Shown here: one piece after another, positions 47,286 through 55,888 of the stretch
How the letters are laid out: each line of letters starts with the position of its first letter
How positions within the stretch are numbered: the first letter of the stretch is position 1
Assembly (NCBI GenBank): GCA_965267575.1
Contig: OZ254086.1
Coordinates: 768,001-832,000, forward strand
DNA from: Calditrichales bacterium
GTDB taxonomy: Bacteria; Calditrichota; Calditrichia; Calditrichales; J004
Direction: 5' to 3'
Length of the DNA stretch: 64,000 nucleotides
Notes under the pieces: model-generated
Seen by the model: the letters and a program-made list of their open reading frames with translations, nothing else
What the model was told of the DNA's origin: nothing
The model's database searches: none
Translations under genes and position numbers: made by a program

Positions 47286-50200
47286 TTAAGAAGGGTTATC
47301 TGCTAAAGGCAAGCTGATTGTAAAAGTGGTATGATCGTTTTCTTTGCTTTCGAACGTAATGCTGCCACCGTGCGCTTTTATGATATCGTGGCTTATCGAT
47401 AGCCCCAACCCGGTACCGGAGCCGGTGGGTTTGCTTGTATGGAAAGGTGTAAAAATCTTGTCGCGCATCTCTTTGGAAATACCGGTGCCGTTGTCATAAA
47501 CATGAACAAGGATGGCATTATCCTTCAGCTCGCTGCTTAGCTTTACAATAGCTCCGCCGCCTTTTTCCTTATGGCGTTCCCAAGCGGCATAACAGGCATT
47601 GTTGATCGTGTTCAGGAAAACCCGGCTAAGGTCCTGCGGCAGTGCGCGTATCTGCGGCAGCTTGTCATCCAGCTCACTTTGCAGGTCTACATTAAATTCC
47701 GGTATTTGCGCGCGCAGGCCATGATAGACAAGATTCATTGCTTCGCGCACCAGCCTGTTAATATCCGTCTCTTCCTGCTGGCCGCTGCTGCCCCGGGCGT
47801 GAAGCATCATGCTGCGGATAATACCGTCGGCGCGCTTACTGTGGGAGCTTATTTTTTCCATGTTACCGCGCAGGAAGCCGGTCAGGTCGCGAACCTCCTC
47901 AGCGGCCTCTTCCGTCAGGCTTTCTTTTTGTAACAGATCCTCCAGCTCCGCCACATACTCGGCGCTCACCTCCGAAAAATTGGCCACAAAGTTAAGCGGG
48001 TTCTTCAGCTCATGGGCGATACCGGCGGTTAGCTGGCCCAGCGAGACCAGCTTTTCGGACTGCACCAGCTGATCCTGGGTCTGGCGCAAGCGGGACAGCG
48101 TATCCTGAAGCTGGCTGTTAGCCTGTGCCAGATCTTCGGAGCGGCGCTGCAGGTCTTCGGTGCGTTTCTGCACTTTTTCTTCCAGTGACTTGCTGTATTC
48201 GGCAAGCTGCTTGTTGGCATCCTGCAGTTCCGTGTACAGCAAGGCGTTTTCAATGGAAATGGCCATTTCGTTGCTTAACATTTCCAGCAGCTCAATGCGC
48301 TGGCGGCTAAAGGCATGCGTGGTGAGATTGTTTTCAAGGTAAAGAACGCCCTTCAGGCTGCCCTTGTAACGCACAGCCATAGCCAGCATCGACTTAACGC
48401 GGTTCTCCTTGATATAGGCATCGGATGTAAAATCGCCTTCATTGCCGGCATCTGCCAGCAGCACGCTTTCAGCGGTATTTTGCACAAATCGCACCACGGA
48501 TTGCGGAATCTCGTTAAAACGGGTTACCGGCATATTCTGCAATGTCTCGATGGCCTCATCCTTTGCGCGGCAGGTAGCTTTTACCAGCAGGGCCTCTTTT
48601 TCCAGCAACAGGAAAACCGCCCGTTCCGCGCCGGCGTTGGCCAGCACAATACGCATGATATTTTCCAGCAATCGCTCCAGGCGTATTTCGCTGGAAAGGG
48701 TTTGCGATGCTTTTAAAATGGTGTCAATATCCAAAGCACTGGAAATAGAGCCCTGACCTTTTGCGGCGGTCCCGGCCTCCTCGAGCCCGCTGCTGATGGC
48801 CGGCGCCATGTCCAGCAGGTCTTTATATTTTTCCTTAAAACGCTCCTGCACGATGCCGGCGCCCCATTGCCCGCAAAACCGCAGGCATTCCAACAGATAC
48901 ATAAAAGCCACACGCTGCTGCCTGCGCTCCAGGTACCAGGAAACGGCCCTTTCACATGCCAGCGCGGCCACAGGATAGTTTTGCTGAGATGCGGCCGCGG
49001 AAATTGCCTCATCGTAATGCCGGGCATCAAAACGATCGTTTCCGCTTACGCGGGCATACTCATTGCGCACAAGCTGGTAATGGTGCTTATAATTCTCGGG
49101 ACAATTTTCCGCCCACGCTTTAAGCTTTTTCAGATGCGCTTTAATCGTGCGGTGCTGTTTGCGACTGCCTTGCCGGAAAAGAAAGATCAGCGTCAACGCG
49201 GTATAAAAACGGTATTCCAGCTCCATGAGCTGTCCAAAAGCGCCATGCTGCACCTTCTCCGCATCCTCGGCAAATGCCCGTGCCTGCTCATAATCACCGC
49301 GGAAAAACGCGTTCTTAAGACGACAGATAAAAAACTGCACCTCCGCAGATAGGTCACGCGCTTCACGGATCTCGGCAAGCAGGCCTTCATCCTCAAAATC
49401 GTAGCTGTCCTGTTCACCGGGACCGGTCAACTCGCTGATCATTTTATGGTAAGCCAGCAGATCCAGACTGGTATGGCGTATCTTCTGGCTGTAATCAAGG
49501 AAACGTTCAATTTCTTTCTGAAGGCCTTTCAACTCCACGCCCATGGAAACTTTACTGTGAATGGTAAAGCTATTGGCATAAAGCGCGTAAAGCAGATCGC
49601 CGCTTTCCTGAGCACTGTGCCACGCTTCCCGCAGAATGGGCAGGTTATCGGCCATGGGCCGCCGCCAATGGTTTATGATTGCTCCCATGGCCAGGTAGGT
49701 CTTGCTCTTCCAGTAAGGCATGTTCTTTTCATCGGCCAGGCGCAGGGCCAGTTGGCCAAACTGATAGGCTTCTTCGTATTGTCCGCTGCCGGCTCCCACC
49801 AGCAAACCGTATTGCGAATAGACATGCGATGCGCTATCCGGATTGCCGTGCTTCAGCACCAGGCGCATCATCTTCAGGTTCAGCAGGCCAATCATCTCCG
49901 GTCCCGTGAAATAGGCCGCCGTCAGCATATGGCTAATAAGATCGATCGCCGCGCGGGCGCCCGGGTTTGTCATCTCAGGCAGATTATACAAGTCGGCCGG
50001 TTTGCGGCCAAACAGGCGGATTTTAGCAAGCACAAATTCCCGCGCCACCTGCAGGCGCGTCGGGTTGGCAGGTATATTAATATCCAGCAGCCGTGCGGCA
50101 AACCGTCCTGTGGTGAGCGCCTCATCCACCTTGTTTATATGCGTATAGAGACGCACCTTGGTAATATAAATGCGGGCTTTTTCAACATTGGATTCCGTAT

Positions 50201-52670
50201 TACGGATGACGAGATCGAAATGGCTTTCAGCATCATCAAAGCGCCCGGTGATGTATTCCGTCTCGCTCAGTTCCCTGTACAATTTCCAGCACAATTCGTA
50301 TGCAGTTTGCCAGGCATCGCCCAAAAGCCGGGCGGCGGTTGTAAAATACTGGTAGGCCGCCTCAAAAGCCGCCGATCGTTTGGCCTTTTCACCGGCCTGC
50401 AGATTGAGAGCAGCCAGCTTCATTTTGTCGGTCGATTCTTCCGCCCGCTTGCCGCTCAGATTGAGGTGGTGAATGATATCGTAAATGTGCTCGGCGGTCT
50501 GCTCTTCGTTCATGCTTTCCAGGAATTGCCGGCCAATTTTGTAATGCACTTCTTCCCTGTCCGCCAGAGGCAGCATATCATAGGCCGCCTGCTGCACGCG
50601 GTCATGCAAAAAGCGGTAACTGACAGTTGTGTCAACACCGGCCGGCTCGCTGTCTGCGCCACTTTCAAAAATAAACTTGTAGGAATCATCAAGCGCCATC
50701 AGCAGGCCCTGCTTCAAAGGCACCCACAGGTGCGTAGCTACGCGCGTAACGGGCATTCCGGCAATCAAGCCCAGCGTTTTAAGGTCAAACGTGTTGCCGA
50801 TGCACGAGGCCAGAAGAATCACGCGGCGTGATTCCCCGGGCAGGGCTTTCAGCTTTCCGGCCATCAGTTCAACCACGTTTTCAGAAATGCCCAGCTTGCG
50901 GATCGCCTCGCTGTTCCAGCTCCAGCCGGGACCCTTGTCGTTGCGGTAGAGCCATTTTTTCTCATAAATGTCGGTCATAAACTGCCGCACGAAAAAAGGA
51001 TTCCCCTGCGTTTTTTCAAAAACCAGGGCAGCCAGCGGCGCCGTTTTTTCCGGTTCACTGTAGAGGGCGTCAGCCACAAGTTGCGTCACATCTTTTTGCA
51101 GTAACGGCTTCAAACGCAGCGGAGTAACGGAAAAGCCCCTCTTTTCCAGGTCATTCAGCAGCAGGCTCAGGGGATGATGCGCGTCCACGTGATTATCGCG
51201 GTAAGCGCAGATAAGCAGCAACGAAAGATTGTTGTAGTCTTCCACGATCTGCCGGATAATTTCGAGCGAGGCGCGGTCGGCCCACTGCACATCGTCGAGA
51301 AAAAGCACCAGCGGATGCTCGCTGCCTTCTGCAAAAATTTCCAGGAAATTTTTAAAAACGCGGTTAAAACGGTTGCGCGATTCCTGTGCCGGAAGAGGCT
51401 GCAAAGGAGGCTGCGGTCCGGTAATAAATTCAAGCTCCGGTATCACGTCGATAATTACACGGATGTTTGAGCCCAGCTTTTTCTCAAAGCTGCTTTTCCA
51501 ACCGGCGATGCGGCTCTCTTTTTCGGTAAGTATCTGTTTCAGCAAACGCCGGAAAGCTTCCAGGATGGAAAAGTACGGTGTCTCACGATTGAGCTGGTCG
51601 AACTTGCCGGAGGTAAAATAACCGCGGTATTGCGTCAGCGGCTTGTAGATCTCATTTACCAGGGCGGTCTTGCCAATGCCGGAATAACCGCTGACGGTTA
51701 CAAAACGTGTATGTCCGCTAACAACATCGTCAAAAACTTTGCTGAGAATTTTGATCTCCTCTTCCCGGCCGTAAAGCTTTTGCGGCAAATTAAACACATC
51801 ATGCTCATCGTGCCTGCCCACCGGAAAAGAATCGATGCGCTCCTTTTTGGTCCATTGCAGCAGGCATTCTTCCAGGTCCGCCTTAAGCCCGTTGATGCTT
51901 TGATAGCGGTCCTCGGCGTTTTTGGCCAGCAGCTTCATTACGATTTCGGAGATCATTTCCGGGATTTCACCGTTCTTCTGTGTCGGTGAAGGCGGAATGC
52001 GCGCAATATGGCTGTGCACCATTTCCAGCGGATCGCGCGAGCGGAATGGCGGGTGGCCGATCAGGATTTCATAAAGCACGGCGCCGAGGGCATAGAAGTC
52101 GGAGCGATAATCCACGGAGCGGTTCATGCGGCCGGTTTGCTCCGGCGAGATGTAAGGCAGTGACGAATCAAGATACGTGCTGTTAAACAGGCGCGGTGCT
52201 TCCACGCTCAGCAAGGACGCATTACCAAAATTGAGGATTTTCACTTCACCGCGGGCCAGGTTTACGAGGATGTTTTCCGGGTTCAAAGCATTGTGGATAA
52301 TCTGCGCGCGGTGGATAGCGGCAATGCTCTCGGCCAGCTTTATGCCCAGCCTTAAAAAAGAGGGTATGTCAATGCGCGCATCACGAATAGCCTCAGCCAG
52401 CCAGATGCCGTCAAAGTCGGACAAAACCAGCATCTGGCTTTCGCCATCATAAAACTTGTCCATGGCCTCCGGCACGGCAGGCGTGTGCATGCTTTTAAGC
52501 AGATTGTATTCATGGATAAGGCGGTTGTTGACCGAACCGTTGCCTTGCGCGGCCAGCGCCTTCTTAAGCAGCACCGGCCGGCCGTCTTCTTCTTTGCGCG
52601 CCCTGTACAGATTATGGTCACGACGCTTTTGGATCAGTTGCAGTTCACTAAAACCGGAAATCGAGGGCAT
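47286..52670 (-). CDS. Multidomain sensor: degenerate Ser/Thr kinase domain, AAA/STAND ATPase, GAF and histidine kinase
   Basis: YISPEQTGRMNRSVDYRSDFY; Walker A GYSGIGKT; Walker B LFLDDVQWAD; GNPFF; GAF GVLYLENN; H-box AGIAHELKNPL; DNGTGI; GTGLGL. Confidence 0.93.
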   Translation of the reverse strand: MPSISGFSELQLIQKRRDHNLYRARKEEDGRPVLLKKALAAQGNGSVNNRLIHEYNLLKSMHTPAVPEAMDKFYDGESQMLVLSDFDGIWLAEAIRDARIDIPSFLRLGIKLAESIAAIHRAQIIHNALNPENILVNLARGEVKILNFGNASLLSVEAPRLFNSTYLDSSLPYISPEQTGRMNRSVDYRSDFYALGAVLYEILIGHPPFRSRDPLEMVHSHIARIPPSPTQKNGEIPEMISEIVMKLLAKNAEDRYQSINGLKADLEECLLQWTKKERIDSFPVGRHDEHDVFNLPQKLYGREEEIKILSKVFDDVVSGHTRFVTVSGYSGIGKTALVNEIYKPLTQYRGYFTSGKFDQLNRETPYFSILEAFRRLLKQILTEKESRIAGWKSSFEKKLGSNIRVIIDVIPELEFITGPQPPLQPLPAQESRNRFNRVFKNFLEIFAEGSEHPLVLFLDDVQWADRASLEIIRQIVEDYNNLSLLLICAYRDNHVDAHHPLSLLLNDLEKRGFSVTPLRLKPLLQKDVTQLVADALYSEPEKTAPLAALVFEKTQGNPFFVRQFMTDIYEKKWLYRNDKGPGWSWNSEAIRKLGISENVVELMAGKLKALPGESRRVILLASCIGNTFDLKTLGLIAGMPVTRVATHLWVPLKQGLLMALDDSYKFIFESGADSEPAGVDTTVSYRFLHDRVQQAAYDMLPLADREEVHYKIGRQFLESMNEEQTAEHIYDIIHHLNLSGKRAEESTDKMKLAALNLQAGEKAKRSAAFEAAYQYFTTAARLLGDAWQTAYELCWKLYRELSETEYITGRFDDAESHFDLVIRNTESNVEKARIYITKVRLYTHINKVDEALTTGRFAARLLDINIPANPTRLQVAREFVLAKIRLFGRKPADLYNLPEMTNPGARAAIDLISHMLTAAYFTGPEMIGLLNLKMMRLVLKHGNPDSASHVYSQYGLLVGAGSGQYEEAYQFGQLALRLADEKNMPYWKSKTYLAMGAIINHWRRPMADNLPILREAWHSAQESGDLLYALYANSFTIHSKVSMGVELKGLQKEIERFLDYSQKIRHTSLDLLAYHKMISELTGPGEQDSYDFEDEGLLAEIREARDLSAEVQFFICRLKNAFFRGDYEQARAFAEDAEKVQHGAFGQLMELEYRFYTALTLIFLFRQGSRKQHRTIKAHLKKLKAWAENCPENYKHHYQLVRNEYARVSGNDRFDARHYDEAISAAASQQNYPVAALACERAVSWYLERRQQRVAFMYLLECLRFCGQWGAGIVQERFKEKYKDLLDMAPAISSGLEEAGTAAKGQGSISSALDIDTILKASQTLSSEIRLERLLENIMRIVLANAGAERAVFLLLEKEALLVKATCRAKDEAIETLQNMPVTRFNEIPQSVVRFVQNTAESVLLADAGNEGDFTSDAYIKENRVKSMLAMAVRYKGSLKGVLYLENNLTTHAFSRQRIELLEMLSNEMAISIENALLYTELQDANKQLAEYSKSLEEKVQKRTEDLQRRSEDLAQANSQLQDTLSRLRQTQDQLVQSEKLVSLGQLTAGIAHELKNPLNFVANFSEVSAEYVAELEDLLQKESLTEEAAEEVRDLTGFLRGNMEKISSHSKRADGIIRSMMLHARGSSGQQEETDINRLVREAMNLVYHGLRAQIPEFNVDLQSELDDKLPQIRALPQDLSRVFLNTINNACYAAWERHKEKGGGAIVKLSSELKDNAILVHVYDNGTGISKEMRDKIFTPFHTSKPTGSGTGLGLSISHDIIKAHGGSITFESKENDHTTFTISLPLADNPS

Positions 52671-52679
52671 TTACAATCC

Positions 52680-53351
52680 TTAAGCGATTTTAATTTTTCC
52701 TTTACGACGCATGGTGAACAGCGTGATGTAAAACATGTCCAGTATAAAGGCGATGATGCCCATGGCGTGCAGGAAGTGGTTTTCCGGATAGTGCAGCAGC
52801 ATAAAAACCGTATTGGCACCGGTACCGAAAGTGCGCAGATAAGCCACCCACGTCGAAAAACCGGTGATGTTAGGCTGACGCAGAATCAGCAGAATATAGA
52901 GCGTTGAGATAAAAAGCTGACAGATATAAGCCGAGTTCGCGCCGATGGATGTATCGAATCCCTGCTTTGTAAATAAATAGTATAACAGCGTCATAGCCAG
53001 CATGGCAATCACAATAAGATAGCGATAGTGCTGATGCAGGTAGGGCGTAAATACGTTTTTGATACCGTACTTGATAACCATGTAAAAAATAAAGATATCC
53101 AGCACCAGCCAGGAGCGATAGGTCCAGACCAGCAGCTGACCCATGTCCGTTTCAAAAAACGTGGACCACAAAAACTCCCAGGCAAAGTTGGACGCCGCCG
53201 CAAAAACGGGCATTTCTATTACTTTATACTTGATGCCGTTGCGCACGATAATGGCGTAGGCAACCACCCACATCAGGCATCCTCCGAAAAACAAGACCAT
53301 CTCATGCGGCGGATACTGGCTAAGATTTAATAAGCTGCTGCTGTCTGTCAT
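52680..53351 (-). CDS. Integral membrane protein, Pyr4/PaxB-type terpene cyclase homolog
   Basis: About 7 TM helices. W..AY..IVR...K....MP......NFAWEF matches the PaxB/Pyr4 signature with its catalytic Glu, and the last helix has an Asp (ILDMFY). Confidence 0.7.
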   Translation of the reverse strand: MTDSSSLLNLSQYPPHEMVLFFGGCLMWVVAYAIIVRNGIKYKVIEMPVFAAASNFAWEFLWSTFFETDMGQLLVWTYRSWLVLDIFIFYMVIKYGIKNVFTPYLHQHYRYLIVIAMLAMTLLYYLFTKQGFDTSIGANSAYICQLFISTLYILLILRQPNITGFSTWVAYLRTFGTGANTVFMLLHYPENHFLHAMGIIAFILDMFYITLFTMRRKGKIKIA

Positions 53352-53375
53352 AAGGCCTCCATTATGAAAACAGGA

Positions 53376-54554
53376 TTACCGGTTCACCATTTCGCGTACG
53401 TCTTTTAGCGTAACGGGAACGGTAAACGTAATTTCGTGTCCGAATTTTTTGTTAATCATGCGCCGGAAAACGCCTTCACTGAGGAAATGATGGCTGCTGG
53501 GAAAGTGCCGCGTTTCCGGGTTGAACAGGGTGTAAACAGCCATGTAGGCTTTAGGCATGTTAAACAGCAGCCACTTGAAAAGCGGAAAGCCGGGAAGCGG
53601 CCGGATGCCCACGCGGCGGCAGGCCTCTCTGCCGATCAGGTGTTGTGTGTAAATGCGCGGCGCCAAACCAAAACCCAGCAGCCGCAGCCAGAACGGTACC
53701 AGTTTTTTCAACATTTTCAGGTTGGCCCGCGAAAGCTGCACACCATCCGGATTTTTATCGGCGCTGGTGTAATGGCGGCGGGCGTATTCGTTGTACAGGG
53801 TACGGGCGTCATCCACGTTGTCCGGCAAATAGTCCATGGAAGCCGGTTCTCCGGGCGGGTGAATTCCGATCATCAGCGCGTAGACATTCCACATATAAAG
53901 ATAATCTTCGGCCTCCTGCCTGCTGAAGGGAAATTCCAGAATTTCCATCCCATCTATCACCAGCAGAGAAAATCCGAGAATGGTTGCCAGCATATCTTCA
54001 TGATTGATGGCCACGCCGTATCTTTTGGCGTAATCCGGTACATGCCTGTGTGCCACATGGCGGATTCCGGCGTGCAGCAGGCGCAGTTTCTGGGCCGTGA
54101 TCACCGCCTTGCCCTCATGTTCAAAGCCGCGACCGGCGCCCACGTTCAGCACCATCTGCAGAACCTGCAGCAGGCGGCGGTAGGGCTTACGCTCGAGGTT
54201 TCCGGACATGTTAAGAATTTTGGCAAGGCCGGGCGATGCGTAGCCCTCATTAAGGCTCTTAACAAGCAGAACAAGCGCGGCAGGAAAGGCGTGGCGCCCA
54301 AATGCTTCCTCGGCACGGGCAATGCGCTGCAGGTCCACTGTTTCGGGGAGGCGGCTGGTTAAATCATAAAATTCTGTAAAAGCCGGGTGCATCTCCGGGG
54401 CGGGCCGGTGGTCGTTGGTATTCAGCTCTTTGAACAGAAAGCGCAGGTCTTCGATTTCTTTATCGGCGATGAGGCGCTGCAGGTAATCATCGGCCAGGGC
54501 GTCTCCCTGATCGCGCAGCGTGTTGAGAAAGTCGTCGTTCCAGCGATGTGCCAT
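53376..54554 (-). CDS. MpaB / latex clearing protein (DUF2236) family heme oxygenase
   Basis: Start MAHRW with GGAGGG RBS; motifs GDALAD, SL..GY, heme-His motif RLLHAGIRH, AINHEDMLAT and YLYMW....MIGI. Confidence 0.85.
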   Translation of the reverse strand: MAHRWNDDFLNTLRDQGDALADDYLQRLIADKEIEDLRFLFKELNTNDHRPAPEMHPAFTEFYDLTSRLPETVDLQRIARAEEAFGRHAFPAALVLLVKSLNEGYASPGLAKILNMSGNLERKPYRRLLQVLQMVLNVGAGRGFEHEGKAVITAQKLRLLHAGIRHVAHRHVPDYAKRYGVAINHEDMLATILGFSLLVIDGMEILEFPFSRQEAEDYLYMWNVYALMIGIHPPGEPASMDYLPDNVDDARTLYNEYARRHYTSADKNPDGVQLSRANLKMLKKLVPFWLRLLGFGLAPRIYTQHLIGREACRRVGIRPLPGFPLFKWLLFNMPKAYMAVYTLFNPETRHFPSSHHFLSEGVFRRMINKKFGHEITFTVPVTLKDVREMVNR

Positions 54555-54585
54555 GGCACCCTCCGTGCATAAAGGGCAAGAAATA

Positions 54586-55746
54586 TCAGTCTTTGTATTG
54601 TACAGCCAGCATGGTGATGTCGTCCGACTGTTCCGTGCCCCGGGTAAACTGCTCAATCTGCTCCTGCAAATCGTGGATCAGTTTTTCCGGGTTTTTGGTT
54701 TCAGCTTTGGACAAACTCTCTTCCAGCCGCTGCTCGGAGAACTCATTCTCCTCTTCATCCATGGCTTCGTTAACGCCGTCCGTGTAAAAAAATACAGTCT
54801 GCCCGGGCTGCAGCGCGATCGTTCCGCTGACATAGCTGAAATCGGGCATAAAACTAAGCGGTATGCCGCCGTTGGCGGGTATTTCCTTCAGCTCGCCGTT
54901 CGTGCTTACAATGTAAAACGGGTTATGCCCGCCATTGCAGAAGGTGAGCTGGCCGTTGGTCAAATCGAGGATGCCGTAAATCAGGGTAACAAATACGGCA
55001 GGATCGCTTTGCTGGTGCAGGATATTGTTTACGCTGCGCAGGCATTTGCCCGGATCCATACCCGTTATGGCATGGGCCTTAAGCAGGCTTTTGCATAACA
55101 CCATAAACAACGCAGCCGGCACTCCCTTGCCGGAAACATCACCGATGCAAAAACCAAGCTTTTGATTTTCCACCATAAAGAAATCGTAAAAATCTCCGCC
55201 GACGGCACGGGCCGGTTTCATGCTGGCTTCTATGGCAAAATGGGGTTTATCGTGGAATTCGGGTCGCACGGGTGGCAGCATGCGGCGCTGAATGTCACGC
55301 GCCACTTTCAGCTCATTTTCGAAAGAGAGAACGCGGTTGCGGTCATCCATCGCCTGGCGCATTTGCTCCACTTCACGCAGCGTTTTGTTGATCGTAATTT
55401 CCAGGTCTTCGAAATCGATGGGCTTGGTGATGAAGTCGAAGGCGCCGCGGTTAAGCGCCGTACGGATATTTTTCATGTCACCATAAGCGGAAATGATGAC
55501 GGGACGCAAATCCGGAAATAATTCATTTATTTCGCTTAGCAGCGTAAGGCCGTCCATACGGGGCATATTGATATCGGTAAGCACAACGTCAATGCGCCGG
55601 CCCTGTTTTAGAATATCAAGGGCTTCAACGCCATCCGCGGCAAATGAAAAATAAAATTCCTTTGCCTTGATGTGTTTACGGAATCGTTGTTCAATCAACG
55701 AAGAAAGGTCCGGTTCGTCGTCAACGACCAAGATATGGGCAGGCAT
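54586..55746 (-). CDS. Response regulator with PP2C/SpoIIE phosphatase output (RsbU/RssB-like)
   Basis: REC motifs LVVDDE, TDINMPRMDG and FITKP; PP2C motifs VGGDFYD, GDVSGKG, FYTDG and DDITML. Confidence 0.93.
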   Translation of the reverse strand: MPAHILVVDDEPDLSSLIEQRFRKHIKAKEFYFSFAADGVEALDILKQGRRIDVVLTDINMPRMDGLTLLSEINELFPDLRPVIISAYGDMKNIRTALNRGAFDFITKPIDFEDLEITINKTLREVEQMRQAMDDRNRVLSFENELKVARDIQRRMLPPVRPEFHDKPHFAIEASMKPARAVGGDFYDFFMVENQKLGFCIGDVSGKGVPAALFMVLCKSLLKAHAITGMDPGKCLRSVNNILHQQSDPAVFVTLIYGILDLTNGQLTFCNGGHNPFYIVSTNGELKEIPANGGIPLSFMPDFSYVSGTIALQPGQTVFFYTDGVNEAMDEEENEFSEQRLEESLSKAETKNPEKLIHDLQEQIEQFTRGTEQSDDITMLAVQYKD

Positions 55747-55843
55747 GCTCCCCTCCGATCAGCCTGTAGTCAAGTCGTTTAGAAATACGTGTTTAAGTGG
55801 CGCAATATAAACCAAAGAGTGAGAGAATCAAAAAAATGATAAG

Positions 55844-55878
55844 AAAAAAGGCGGCCCATGAAAAGAAAGACCGCCTTT
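55844..55878 (-). terminator. Intrinsic terminator downstream of ccmF
   Basis: Minus strand AAAGGCGGTC...GGCCGCCTTTTTT. Confidence 0.7.
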
Positions 55879-55888
55879 CTATTAATCG

